Program-made: the position numbers and the translations under genes
DNA from: Squalus acanthias
Taxonomy: Eukaryota
NCBI GenBank assembly: GCA_030390025.1
Contig: CM059432.1
Span: forward strand, 58,034,001 to 58,098,000
Direction of reading: 5' to 3'
DNA: 64,000 bases
The notes under the pieces: generated by a model
What the model saw: only the letters and a program-made list of their open reading frames with translations
Told to the model about the DNA's origin: nothing
Databases searched by the model: none
Shown: in pieces, positions 50,930-63,477 of the stretch
Numbering within the stretch: position 1 is the first letter of the stretch
Layout: each line of letters starts with the position of its first letter

Positions 50930-51148
50930 AGCCAACATTTACTCCTCAACCAACACAACCAAAAACAGATGAACTGGTTATTTATCTCTGTGTTGTTTGT
51001 GGAAACCTTGCTGTGTGCACATTGGCTGCTGTGTTTACTGACAAAATAAGAGTGACTACACTTCCAAGGTAATTCATTGGCTGCAAAGTGCTTTGGGACA
51101 TTCCGAGTACATGAAAGGTGCTATATAAATGCAAGTTGTTCTTCCTTT
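50930..51148 (+). mobile_element. DeuSINE/SacSINE1-like 3' half
   Basis: ctcaaccaaca...ttgctgtgtgcac...ggtgctatataaatgcaagtt. Confidence 0.75.
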
Positions 51149-51479
51149 TTGTTGTTCATTTATTCATAGAGCTCAAAATGTCTTTCAGGGTCTGGTAGGA
51201 GCAAAGAGGTATAATGTGTCGTGAGGTTCTAAGCTGTGTCTGCATTAAGTGATTGCACTTGTTCTCAAGGTGAGGGATATGTAGTAATGGTAGTGGTGAC
51301 AAAATCAAGATATTTAAACAGAGAAGAATACTTCATTAATACAAATTCCTCTTGCAGCTTCTCATGAGTATGGGTTCCATACTCCTTTGCCTCCAAAGCA
51401 GCTAGTACTATCTCAAATAACAACAGAAAACGCTGGAAAAACTCAGCAGGCCAGGCAGCATCCGTGGAGAGAGAAAGAG

Positions 51480-51516
51480 AGTTAACGTTTCAGGTCGATG
51501 ACCTTTCGTCAGAACT
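51480..51516 (-). ncRNA. Minimal type I hammerhead ribozyme motif (mirror copy)
   Basis: Exact reverse complement of 52561-52597. Confidence 0.7.
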
Positions 51517-51795
51517 GTGAAGAGCCGGAAATCAAATAGATTTAAGGCCAGAGTAAAGCTGGGAAAAGGGGGAGGGGATAAAAGAACAAAGGGGGAGATG
51601 AAGAGACATTAAGAGACATTAAGAGATATGCAAGGCTAGAGGTGGTGTTAATGTGACAGATTAAGGCTGAAAGAAGTGTGAAATCCACTGGCAGAATGAA
51701 GGACAGCTGCCAGCTTCTAGGAGGAAAAAAAAAGGTGGGGGGGGGGCAAATAAAAGGATGGAAAAAATAAAATATAAATGTGATTGGAGCTGAGG

Positions 51796-52221
51796 TTATG
51801 ATCTAAAATTGTTGAACTCGATATTGAGTCCAGAGGGCTGTAGCGTGCCTAAACGAAAGATGAGGTGCTGTTCCTCGAGCTTACGCTGCGCTTCCGTGGA
51901 ACAGTGTAATAGGCCGAGGATGGTGAGGTCAGAGTGGGAGTGAAGCGGTGAATTAAAGTGACAGGCCACCGGGAGCTCGGGGTCCCCCTTACGGACTGAA
52001 CGGAGGTGTTCCGCAAAGCGGTCACCCAATCTGCGTTTGGTCTCCCCAATGTAGAGGAGACCACATCGTGAGCAGCGAATACAGTATACTAAATTGCAGG
52101 AAGTACAAGTAAATCGCTGCTTCACCTGGAAGGGGTGTTTGGGGCCCTGGACAGTGGGAAGAGGGGTGGTGTAAGGGCATGTGTTGCATCTCCTGCGCGT
52201 GCACGGGAAGGTGCCGGGCAA
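51796..52221 (-). CDS. Penelope GIY-YIG endonuclease domain (5'-truncated ORF, uninterrupted)
   Basis: CTRRRCNTC; FTCTSCNLVYCIRCSRCGLLYIGETKRRLGDRFAEH; PVACHF; EQHLIFRLGTLQPSGLN. Confidence 0.85.
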   Translation of the reverse strand: MPGTFPCTRRRCNTCPYTTPLPTVQGPKHPFQVKQRFTCTSCNLVYCIRCSRCGLLYIGETKRRLGDRFAEHLRSVRKGDPELPVACHFNSPLHSHSDLTILGLLHCSTEAQRKLEEQHLIFRLGTLQPSGLNIEFNNFRS

Positions 52222-52560
52222 AGGGGAAGGGCACGCTACAGCCCTCTGGACTCAATATCGAGTTCAACAATTTTAGATCATAACCTCAGCTCCAATCACA
52301 TTTATATTTTATTTTTTCCATCCTTTTATTTGCCCCCCCCACCTTTTTTTTTCCTCCTAGAAGCTGGCAGCTGTCCTTCATTCTGCCAGTGGATTTCACA
52401 CTTCTTTCAGCCTTAATCTGTCACATTAACACCACCTCTAGCCTTGCATATCTCTTAATGTCTCTTAATGTCTCTTCATCTCCCCCTTTGTTCTTTTATC
52501 CCCTCCCCCTTTTCCCAGCTTTACTCTGGCCTTAAATCTATTTGATTTCCGGCTCTTCAC

Positions 52561-52597
52561 AGTTCTGACGAAAGGTCATCGACCTGAAACGTTAACT
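52561..52597 (+). ncRNA. Minimal type I hammerhead ribozyme motif
   Basis: AGUU-CUGACGA-A-AGGUC-AUC-GACCU-GAAA-CG-UU-AACU: stem I AGUU/AACU, both core boxes, stem II hairpin, palindromic ACGU in place of stem III. Confidence 0.72.
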
Positions 52598-53254
52598 CTC
52601 TTTCTCTCTCCACGGATGCTGCCTGGCCTGCTGAGTTTTTCCAGCGTTTTCTGTTGTTATTTCAGATTTCCAGCATCCGCAGTATTTTGCTATCGAGCTA
52701 GTACTATCTCCTCTGGCATCTGCCTGTTCAGGTCTTTTTGAATTGCCAAGTTATGGAAGGCACAGCAAGCTACAACTATATGGCAGACACGTTCAGGAGC
52801 ATGTTGCAGTACCCCTTCTGACCTGTCTAGGTAGCAGAACCTGTATGGTTCTTTCAATGACTATGTGAGTTTATAAATGAGCCTTGTTGTTGCACTCTCT
52901 GGTTTCTGCTCGTGCCATTCGCAGAGGGGCCATGATCCATGGAAGAAAGGGTTAAGCTTGAATTTCCAAAAAGCATCCAGACTCTTGGCTCTCTTCCATG
53001 AATAGACCAGGGGGGCTGGCATTCGCATGCAAAATTCTTTGGAAATGGTCACAGACTATTCACAAATTGTTCTGGATGTATAAATTAATATGGGCCAAAT
53101 GGCCTTGCTCATCCTGAAGTGCTTTGAAAAAAAGTGTGTGGTATACCTTTCTGTTTAGAAAGTGCAAAGGCTTAATTGTTAGATCTCACAGTATAGTATG
53201 AGTGCCATATATTACACTCTGACCATTAGGGAAACCAGCAAGATGAGTAAACTA

Positions 53255-54215
53255 AATATCACTGTCATGCTGCTGACATCTAGTAGTCATTCCAAACTGC
53301 ATTAATTTCCCAGGTCTCCTCAGTATATATGTGACCTGGAAAATGCACGGAAAATGCTCAGATGGAGCCCTGGCTGAAGTTAAGAAGGTTATTGCTTGAA
53401 AGGAGCTACTGGCAAAAATAGAGGTAATTTTGACAGTTACTGACAGAACTGTTTCGGCAGCTGATTTTGGTTGCAGGTCTTCTTGCAGCAGCTGGCAGAG
53501 TTCAGCGTCCTCTTCAGTGAACCGCACTCTTCTCACGCAGAGCTCCTCACTGAAAGCTGCATAAGATTTGTGTGGCTTATAGACCATGTGGGAAAATAAT
53601 ATCTGGTGGGTTTCATCATCCTCAGATACTGCCTCATGCTCCTTTCCTCCCTTCCATTTTCCTCTTCCTCCTTCTCCATTGACACTGCAAACAAAGGAAT
53701 TCTCTTGGGGAAATCCATATTGATGAATAAGAACATCTTAAACTGGCTGGAGGGTGAAAATTTCCCAGAGGCCTGATAAGCACTCAGTCTTTCAGATGCA
53801 AGTATATCACCATGCAAAAAAAAGTTCTTAAAATATCACTTCTACGTCCAGCTATAACCCCAAATAGCTTCTTCAATCTGCAAACAGGAAGCATGTCCTC
53901 CAGTATCAGGTGATGCTGGCAACAGGCAGATCTTCTTTATCTTGCCATTGCTTACACTGGGTTCAATGGGAGCATAAATCATGGATTTTGGCCTACCTCC
54001 ACTGTCCTCATAATCTGCATAAATTTAAATGAGCTTTCACGTAAAAGGACAGGCAGAGAAAACAGAGGCCTCAAGGCAAACCAGCAATTATACCACGAGC
54101 AAAACCAGGGTGGAAAATCAGTGTAAATGGGTCCTGTCCCAGTTGGTAGCCCTGAAAATACCATTGTGCCATTCTCACAATGATAAAACCGGGAAGAGGT
54201 GAGCAAATTCAGGGC
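53255..54215 (-). mobile_element. Old Harbinger left end plus transposase N-terminal remnant
   Basis: FSEELCVRRVRFTEE...LCQLLQEDLQP...LSVTVKIT...FASSSFQ; AAATTCAGGGC terminus. Confidence 0.7.
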
Positions 54216-56208
54216 TATTTAATACACAGTAGGCAGCATTCATTTAATTTAGATATCACGTTGCTGGATTATTTATTAAATAAGTTGCTTGATGTTACAC
54301 TTCAATTACTGACAGGAAATATCTTATCCAAGATTTAAAAATCTGTACCATTAGGATTTGCTTTATCTGAATGCTCAGAGAGCTGCACAGGACAGCACCT
54401 TGATTAATTTCCACTCTGAGTTGTTCCTTTTTTTTTTAAATTGAAGAAATAAATTGCTTTTTACTGTGGGACCCGGTGATATGTGCATGAACATGAGATT
54501 TTAGGAAAGGTTTGAGTATATACTTTTGGAGTAGTGATTTATCAGCAAATCTTCTAATGCTCTCTTATTTTTAAGTGATTATTTCAAGTCACCCACTCAC
54601 CTTGATGCTGTCAAATGTTACCCACATTTCTGATATGCATAAATATCTCATTACTTCATTTTCTGGCATATTTTGTATCAAATGGACTACATGAATTGTT
54701 TGTGGCAGTCTGCAGTTCCTTTAGTGCCAGTGCAGCTAGGCTAAGCTTATATCTGTGATTGCAAACTACATACGCTGTTTTTCCCCTTTCCTTCCACTTC
54801 CCCAATACCTTTATCAACCATCCAACCAAAGTCAGAATCTTACCCATGACAACAATATGGAGATGCAGCACAGAGGGTCAATTGACCAATCACAAGGAGA
54901 AAGGTTGCGGAGGAGGTGTTGAGTTTGGCTGACGGGGGTGGGTAGGGGGAAAAGAGGGGGTTCAAGCTGGTGATAATTGTATAAATTTTTGTTGCAACAT
55001 GAGAAAAGAGAAAGATGCCTCTGAATCCCTGATATGCCTCAGACTGTATTCAACATCATCTAGACTCAAAAAGATACTGAAGTCAACAGCAGCTCCTAAA
55101 TCTTCAACTGACTTGGTTATACTTCATACCTTAGGGACTTGGCTGAATCTTCACTTTTAAAGTATTCTTTTGTCTGGAACGTTTGTTAACCAGACTTAAA
55201 GTTGTTTATCTGGATTAAATGTAATCTAGGGATCCCAAATTTTAAATTAGGTTACAAGATGTGGCTTGGCATTTCCTACAAATTTTAATTGCACAGTTTT
55301 TCCTTAGCTAGTACTTATAAGTTTGAATAGTTTCCTACTTTTGCTTTTTATTTGAATTCTCAATTAATATTAGCTATAAATTTTCAGAGGACACAGTTTA
55401 TTACATTGCTGCTTCATGAGTTTATGAATGTCAACATTAAATTTTCCTTCCTTTCAACTAAGTTTTGATATGCTAGCTATAATAATGGTCCAGATTTTGC
55501 TGTCAAAGTCACAGTGAGTTTACTGGCACTCGCTGTTACTGACATGTAAATCGTCCAGCAACTTGTGGCGAGAAAGAGATACCCTGTGAATTGCGAATAG
55601 CCACAAGTTACTGGATGATTTGCCGTTATCCTCGCAAAAACCACAGCTCGCCCTCAGCCTCCCCATGAGTTTCATGAAATTGCTGTATTTGCTCATCAAT
55701 TGCCAATTAAACTCGCCGCTGAACTTTACAGCGTAATGGGCTGCTACTTTACAGCGTAAGTACATTTTTAATGAGGAGATTTATGTTCTGCAATGCCACT
55801 CAACCTCTCTGGCCCAGAATGGGAACCATTTAAACTGTGGAGTCTCATTCCTCCAGGTAGTAAATTGTTGTTAGAGATTATGGCCTAGAAATTCGGAGGT
55901 TTAGCACAGGCCGTTAAGGCATGTTTTGAAGAAAAAATGGCGACCGACTCGCTTCTGCCCGCTTCCGGCAGGTCCCGTGGTGGCCGCCATATTTAGATTA
56001 AGCAAATCGTGACGTCAATGAGTGTGCAATGCTGATTTGATACACGATCTGTCATTTTCGACATTGCCGCTCCACTTAACGCCCTCTCATAATCACGACC
56101 AGCTGACCAAGCGTTCAGCAGCAGGAAGGAGCCCCCAACAGCGCTATTTAAAGGGATTATCATCAACACCTTGCAGCTGACATGCTTCTTCAGTTCTATT
56201 GGCTCTAA

Positions 56209-57052
56209 GGGGGCGATTTTGCCAGCACTGGGGAGGCGGATATGGAGGCGAGACTGCCGGGAAAATGGCAGAATCTGGGGGCGGATGCCCAACCCGCCTC
56301 CATGCCATCTTGCCAGGAGGCGGGTAGCCGTCCCACGCTGGGTTCCGTCTCCTTGGAGGCGGAAAGGGATTAAAGCCTATTAACTGCCTGTTAACAGGTA
56401 GTTAACAGGCAGAAAATAGGATTATCCCCTTTTTGCCCTCACAAATGCGGTCTTCCCGAAAGCTCCAAAACCCGTCAGCGAGGCGAGTACTGGGTCTGCG
56501 GGGATCAAAGCGTGGGGGGGTGGGGGGGTGCAAAAGTGTGCTATGGAGGTGAGTGATGGTTGCAAGAGTGGAGAGGTGAGTATCTGAGGTAAGTGCAAAG
56601 TGTTAATAAAAGTGTACTTATCTTTGTTTCTTCCTGCAGGCTTCAGTCGGTGTGTATGCGGAGAGTCTCGGGACCTCCGTGTTGGAGATGACAGATGGCC
56701 GTTGCATTCTCAGATGCAACAACCATATCATTTCTGTAAAAGAAAGAAGTTTGATGAGGTCTTGAACTCAAGACCTCATCAAACTACAGAGAATGTCACT
56801 GTTTGACAGCTTCACAGAGCTGTCAAATGATGACAATTCATCTGTCAAAAATTTTTGACAGATGAAACGTCATACGTTGACGTTTCTGCAACTGGCTTTC
56901 CCTTAATTGGCCTGCTAAACCCGCTGGGCTGGCTTAACAAGGTCAATCAAGGGAAAATAGCGTGGGTTGGCCAGAAGTTGATGGAGGCGGGACTGAAACC
57001 CGACAAGTGGGAGTCCCGCCTCCAAAAGCTCCCCATTGAGAAAATCACCCCC
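56209..57052. mobile_element. Harbinger-type MITE (family A) nested in Harbinger 3
   Basis: TIR GGGGGCGATTTT / AAAATCACCCCC; canonical TAA TSD (56206-56208, 57053-57055). Confidence 0.92.
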
Positions 57053-57170
57053 TAAGTTTCTGCAACTCTTTGGAGCTATCTAAAGTTGCTTAAAGTTGCT
57101 GAGGTCACAGGGAGTGTTGCTACAAGTGGAGAATGCCTTGCTTCTCATTTAAAGGTTTCTGCTCACTGTC

Positions 57171-58240
57171 ATGGGGCTCCACTTGCAGCACTCGAGTATC
57201 ATAGGGAGATGGAGCGGAGGCAGCGAAGAAGTGGACATGATGCTTGCAGAGGGAGGAGGAGGAGGGCCAGGAGGGTTCTCTACAGGAGGCCTTACTCACC
57301 TGGCACCTAGAGCTAGGAGCAGTGTATTAGGAGGCTGTGCTTCACCAAGGAGGTGATCACAGAACTCTGCCACCTCCTGCAATGAGACCTGCAGCTTCAG
57401 GCAGGGTGATGACAGCTTTGCCAGTGGCCCTCAAGGACACCGTGGTCCTCAATTTTTTTGCCACTGGATCCTTCCAGTCTGCAGCAGGAGACATAGCTAA
57501 CATCTCCCAGTTCGCCGTCCATCACTGCACCCGGGAGGTCACAGAGGCTCTGTACTCCAGGAGAAGGGACTTCATTGTCTTCTCTCTGAACAGAAATAAG
57601 CAGGACGAGTGTGCATGTGGCTTTGCCAGGATAGCGGGCTTCCCCATGGTGCAGGGCTCCATCAACTGCACTCACGTGGCTTTACAAGCGCTGCATATCA
57701 ATGTTGAAACATACCGTAACCGCAAAGACTGCCACTTACTTAATGTGCATTTGGTGTGCAACCACCTCCAGTACATCATGATGGTGATGCCCACTATCCT
57801 GGCAGCAATCATGATGCCTTTATCCTGCGCCAGTTCGGTGTGCCAGCAATCTTCCAGCCACCACGTCAAACCTGAGGGTGGCTGCTCGGAGACAAGGGCT
57901 ATCCGCTCTGCACCTGACTGACGATTCCCCTCTGCAACCCCATCACTTGTGGCCAGCAATCATATGACAACCATGCTTCCACGAGGAACATCATCGTGCA
58001 GACCATTGGAGTGCTGAAGCAATGGTTCCGCTGCCTTGACCGCTTTGGAGGAGCCCTTCAGTACAAACCGGAAAGGGTATCCCATTTCATGGTGGTCTGC
58101 TGCATCCTCCACAACCTGGCCATCATGAAGGCGCAGCCCTTGCTACCAGGGGTTGCGGGACCACTTGAAGAGGAGGAAGAGAGGAGGCAGGCAGCAAATC
58201 CCCGTTCCAGACGGTCTGTCCGTGAGCACCTCATCACAGA
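57171..58240 (+). pseudogene. Harbinger 3 transposase pseudogene
   Basis: ALPVALKDTVVLNFFATGSFQ, GFPMVQGSINCTHVAL, YRNRK, GVLKQWFRCLD, CCILHNLA; multiple frameshifts. Confidence 0.9.
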
Positions 58241-58353
58241 ACATGACAGAGTCTTCCTGGGCACAAAGCTGAATTGACAGCCACCATAAAACACATATTC
58301 CAAACAAAATTCATTAATTTATCAAATTCCAATCAAAATGACAATATCAACTA

Positions 58354-61300
58354 TTAACCCTTGTGCATTCCCTTAGTGTCTGTCTTTCGTGCGCCTTTTC
58401 CTAGTCTAGTGCTCCTACGCAGTTCTCCTCCAGTGGCTGCTGCATGGCTGGTGGAAGGCGGCTGACTTTCAGTGGGGGAGACTTCAGATGGCCTTGCAGG
58501 GCAACCTCGAGCAGCTCTGGCCCCAGTAGGCCCGGCTGTAGACTGCACCACTTCGGCATGGGCGGCAGCAGTCTGGGCTGTCTGGCTGATAAGCAGCAGC
58601 AAGGGCAATGGCAGAGTAGCAGTGGTGGGAGTAGGAATGCTGTCATCCTAAGAGAGGACAGCAGGTTGTTGCTCCACAGACCCACTGCCACTCCCTCAGC
58701 ATTCCTAGCAATCTGTTGAAGGACAGATTGCTGGCCTGCTGCAACACTCTGCAAGCCCCTTTCGGCACTTGTAAAGCCAGCCACGATGGCAGCAGTCTGA
58801 GCTTGGGTGGCAGCAAGCTGAGACTGCAGAAGAGCAGTCTGTGCTTCCACTGCAGCAGTGAGATGTTGGGTTGCTTCTGCCTGTGCAGCAATGGAAGCTG
58901 CAACATCGCCCATCATACCCAGCATCATCTGTGGGACCGCAAGGTCTCTCCTGGAGTTGTCCATCATTTCCATCCTGGAAATCATGGTCTCCAAGCTCTG
59001 CGCAAAGCCCCGTCCAATATTGGAGCCGGAATCCTCCATGCTCCTTGACACTGACAAATGGCTCTCATGGCAGGCTTGACATTGCACCTAGCATTTCCAT
59101 GTGCAGTCTCATCACCCTTCTTCTGAAGGCTGCCCCATCAAGGTCATCACCTGAGTCCTGTGGAGCAGAACTCATGTGCAAACTCGCCTTTTGGGGAGCT
59201 GGCTCCTGAGCTACCCTCTCCGCCTGGCCTGGCTGCAGCCTACTCGTGCCCGGTGACTCACCACGTGCAGATCCCACCTCTATACTACCGTCTAAATTCT
59301 GTGCAGTTCCATTTTCTGAGCTGGGGTCTGCGAGTGTCAAATGCAGTGCCAGTGTCTCTTCTTCTTCTTCTCCTCCTCCATCAAAAAAGGGTGTAAGGAT
59401 AAACCCAGCAACTACAGGCCAGTCAGTTTAACCTCGGTAGTGGGGAAGCTTTTAGAAATGATAATCCGGGACAAAATTAACAGTCACTCGGACAAGTGTG
59501 GATTAATTAAGGAAAGCCAGCACGGATTTGTTAAAGGCAAATCGTGTTTAACTAACTTGATTGAGTTTTTTGATGAGGTAAGAGAGGGTTGATGAGGGCA
59601 ATGCGGTTGATGTGGTATACATGGACTTCCAAAAGGTGTTTGATAAAGTGTCACATAATAGGCTTGCCAGTAAAGTTGAAGCCCATGGAATAAAAGGGAC
59701 AGTGGCAGCATGGATACAAAATTGGCTAAGTGACAGGAAACAGAGTAGTGGTGAACGTTTGTTCTTAGGACTGCAGGAAGGTATACAGTGGTGTTCCCCA
59801 GGGGTTGGTACTAGGACCACTGTTTTCCTTGATATATATTAATGACTTAGACTTGGGAGTACAGGGCACAATTTCAAAATTTGCAGATGACACAAAATTA
59901 TAGTGATAGACTTCAAGAGGACAGAGACAGGCTGGTGGAATGGGCGGACACGTGGCAGATGAAATTTAACGCACAAAAGTACGAAGTGATACATTTTGGT
60001 AGGAAGAACGAGGAGAGGAAATATAAACTAAAGGGTACAATTCTAAAGGGGGTGCATGAACAGAGAGACCTGGGGGTATATGTGCACAAATCATTGAAGG
60101 TGGCAGGGCAGGTTGAGAAAGTAGTTAAAAAAGCATCCGAGATCCTGGGCTTCATAAATAGAGGTATAGAGTACAAAAGCAAGGAAGTTATGATGAACCT
60201 TTATTAAACACTGGTTCGGCTTCAACTGGAGTATTGTGTCCAATTTTGGGCACTGCACTTTAAGAAGGATGTGAAGGCCTTAGAGAGGGTGCAGAAAAGA
60301 TTTGCAAGAATGGTTCCAGGGATGAGGGACTTCAGTTATGTGGATAGACTAGAGAAGCTGGGGTTGTTCTCCTTGGAGTAGAGAAGATTGAGAGGAGATT
60401 TGATAGAGGTGTTCAAAATCATGAGGGGTCTAGACAGAGTAGGTAGAGAGAAACTGTTCCCATTGGCGGAAGGGTCGAGAACCAGAGGACACAGATTTAA
60501 GGTGATTGGCAGAAAACCAATGGCAACATGAGGAAAAACTTTTTTATGCAGCGAGTGGTTAGGATCTGGAATGCACTGCCTGAGCGGGTGGTGGAGGCAG
60601 ATTCAATCGTGGCTTTCAAAAGGGAATTGGCTAAGTACCTGAAGGAAAAGAATTCTCAGGGCTACGGGGAAAGGGTGGGGGAGTGGGACTAGCTGAAGTG
60701 CTCTTGCAGAGAGCCGGCATGGGCTTGACGGGCTGAATGGCCTCCTTCTGTGCTGTAGCTATTCTATGATTCTATCAGTTTGCTGAAGATGATGAGGGAC
60801 AGGTGGTGCTGGTTGCACTTGGGTATCTGAAAGCAGAATGGCACAAGGATTAGGTTGTGGTGAGTGGAGCAGGTGGGGGGAAAGCAAGAAATCCATGCAT
60901 ACACCATCAGCAGCTTGTAAGTGAGAAGAGATTGTGGGATGAGAGGGAAATGGGATCTGAGAAGAAGGATTAGGTATGACCGTACCATCATCATCAGCAA
61001 TGGTTTCAAATTCTCCGCTGGCCATGGACTCTGTGACTGTCCCTCCAATAATTTGAAAGGTGAATTCCTCGAGGTCGGTCAGGGTCTGAATCCTGGCTTG
61101 GCCGCCTCTGTCTGTTGTTGTTCTCTGTGGTTGTGAGCCACCTTCGCCTGCAAGAGAAAGGGAAGTGTGTCAGTGAGTGTAGTGCAATGTGTTTGGCTGA
61201 TGTCCCTGCCATGGTTGAATAGCTGGCAGTGTGTGCAAGGTGTGAGATGTGGGTATGAGTGTTGCAGCAGTGGTAAGTTTGTGAGGGTGAAGTGAAGCCA

Positions 61301-61672
61301 TGATTATGAGTTATGAGCGGTGATAGCTAGAGATTGTTGGTAGGTGATTGATGTGGGATTTGGTGCATTGAGCAGTGTGTGAAGCTTGTGGTGCAAATGG
61401 TGGGATACGCCATTTACTGAAGCCTTCACTAACCTTGACCAGCCTTGTGAGGTAATTAAACTTTTTTCGGCGCTGGATCCACTGGTGGCCGTGACAGATT
61501 GTGCAATCTCTTCCCAAATCCTTCTGGTGATGAGCTTTGATGGCCTCTTGCCTCCCTGCGGGTAAAAGACAGTCTGTCGTCGTCCCACCCCCAGGACCAA
61601 GGCTTCCAGTGCAGCATCGGAAAACGCCTGAAACTCTATTCCTGTTGTGCTATTGTGTCTTGTCATCTGACA
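58354..61672 (-). pseudogene. Harbinger 3 spliced Myb/SANT gene remnant
   Basis: FSDAALEALV...YPQGGKRP...IWEEIAQSV...WIQRRKKFNYLT; acidic and coiled-coil downstream exons; CR1 inserted. Confidence 0.8.
59383..60775 (+). mobile_element. 5'-truncated CR1 LINE nested in Harbinger 3
   Basis: NYRPVSLTSVVGK, QHGFVKGKSCLTNL; ATTCTATG tail. Confidence 0.93.
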
Positions 61673-62677
61673 ATGAGTGCTTCTGCAACAAAGCACTTCT
61701 CCTTTAAGTAGTGGAGAGGGCCTAGGCCAAACGTTATTGGCCAGTAGACTGCAGCTGATATTGCCCCCCACCCCCTGTTGAGCGCTAAGCCAATCAGCAG
61801 TGCGTTTAGCGCTGAGATCAGCGCTGCAATCATGTTAATGATTTTGCATGGTGCCTGCACCACTTAGACGTGCAGGCAAATAGCACTGGGCAGAGCCCCC
61901 GCCAGTTTTCAGGCCTTATCCAATTTCTAGGCCTTTGTAAATTTTAAATTTGAATTTTTATTCTTACTTTTCCTTTCTGTCTCTTTTTTTCTCTCTCTCT
62001 TAATCCAAGCTTCCTTTCCCTCTTTTTAAATTTCTCTTTCTGTACTTGATTTGATTCTAATTCACCCCATTTCCTTTTCTGTCATTCCTCTGCTTCCTTC
62101 TCAATCTTTAAATCTCATTGGTTAAGGAGATAGACTATTGGTCCCGTCATTTATCTAGACCCCAGGTTGCTCTATCAGCTTGCACTTCCAGCAACTTACT
62201 GGCAAAAAATGTTCAAGCTGAAGGGTATTGGAAAACGTCTAACTAACGGGGCACACCGCAAGATGCCCCACTCCAGCTAAATCCGGACCATTACCTCACA
62301 TTACTTGCCTTCCACAACTTTGCTTGAATGTAAAGACCTGTCAATTTGGGCCTTTCAGTTTTCCTTTTGTGTTGCATGATTTTGAAGTCTTCAAACTGCA
62401 TCATTGCATCAATAAACTTTGTAATTTGCTAGATTATTACTTGTTACTATTCTTCCATAAAATCCCAGTGATTTTCCACTGTCATTGTGACAGTCTCAAA
62501 GTGACTGGCTGAATCAAACGTCGGCATATAAGGAAACGGGGAAGAGGAGTCACACTTGGATACTTTCCCAAATTCCTTACAATCTGGAAGGATGAATCTT
62601 GCAAGTGGTTCCATTTTGCCAAGGGGAAATTTGGATGTGGAAGAATATTCTTCCAATTGTTTAAAAAGAGGAAAGGA

Positions 62678-62782
62678 AAAATAGACTTGCATTTATATAG
62701 CACCTTTCACAACCTCAGGACATCCCAAAGCACTTTACAGCCAATTAAGTACTTTTGAAGTGTAGTCACTGTTGTAATGTTC
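62678..62782 (-). mobile_element. DeuSINE/SacSINE1-like 3' fragment
   Basis: gacttgcatttatatagcacctttcac...ctttacagccaat...gtagtcactgttgtaatgt. Confidence 0.75.
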
Positions 62783-63477
62783 TTATCCCAGCCAGAGATG
62801 ACCTCATCCCATAGGAAATCCTAGCTATAAACAAAGATCTGCGGACTTGCTGCTCCATCATAGCACGGTTCAGAAGTTTGTCATCACCCCTTGTAGACTG
62901 GTATCAAATCTCAGTAATTCTGAGAAGGTTTACTCTGAAATAACAAATTACATTGAGGTTCTTATTATAAGCACATTATGTGCACAGCAGTTATGGGACG
63001 CTGGACATAAGTATATTCCAATGAATTTCTTTAACTCCGGTAGGGCCGCAGCAGCTGAAATGTTCACACCTGCCCACATTAAAATAACTCCTCAGAAAAA
63101 TTTTAGAGGAAAAGTTAATTATAACCAGCAAAGCTACTGATAGAAAAGTGCAATTACTACGTTTAGGAGTTTCCAGAGAGAGGTAACCAGTAAACAAAAC
63201 TGCCACAAACAAAGCATACATGACAGAAAAACACAATTCAAATTTATTTGCCACCTTCAAGGAAAAGGTGACTTGAGAAAACAGCCGACATCCATATTAA
63301 TAATAGGCAATTCACAGCCCTACTGGGCACGTGCCGCATTTTCTGTGATGAAGGTAGAACTCAACAATGTTCCAAGGTTGATCAGACTACATGGAGGTCC
63401 AGACCTTGTAACGATGAACTCTATGAGTGACTGACCCACTGGGATCTATTGGGAAAGTTCAGTCAAAATCATCTCTC

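Larger units (their letters stand above)
51415..52695. mobile_element. Penelope-like element, 5'-truncated with inverted pseudo-LTR
   Basis: 15-bp TSD AGCTAGTACTATCTC (51400-51414, 52696-52710); arms 51415-51849 and 52230-52662 are reverse complements; GIY-YIG ORF. Confidence 0.93.
55882..61933 (+). mobile_element. Near complete autonomous-type Harbinger 3
   Basis: Perfect TIR GGCCTAGAAATT / AATTTCTAGGCC; transposase (+) and Myb/SANT (-) convergent; nested MITE and CR1. Confidence 0.9.
55487..62289. mobile_element. Older Harbinger-type MITE hosting Harbinger 3
   Basis: TIR GGTCCAGATTT / AAATCCGGACC; flanks AAT/ATT; halves 55487-55881 and 61934-62289. Confidence 0.6.

Noticed and set aside
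51415..52695. DNA transposon with long TIRs or assembly fold-back
   Set aside because: GIY-YIG ORF, asymmetric 33-bp tail and 15-bp TSD fit a Penelope inverted pseudo-LTR insertion
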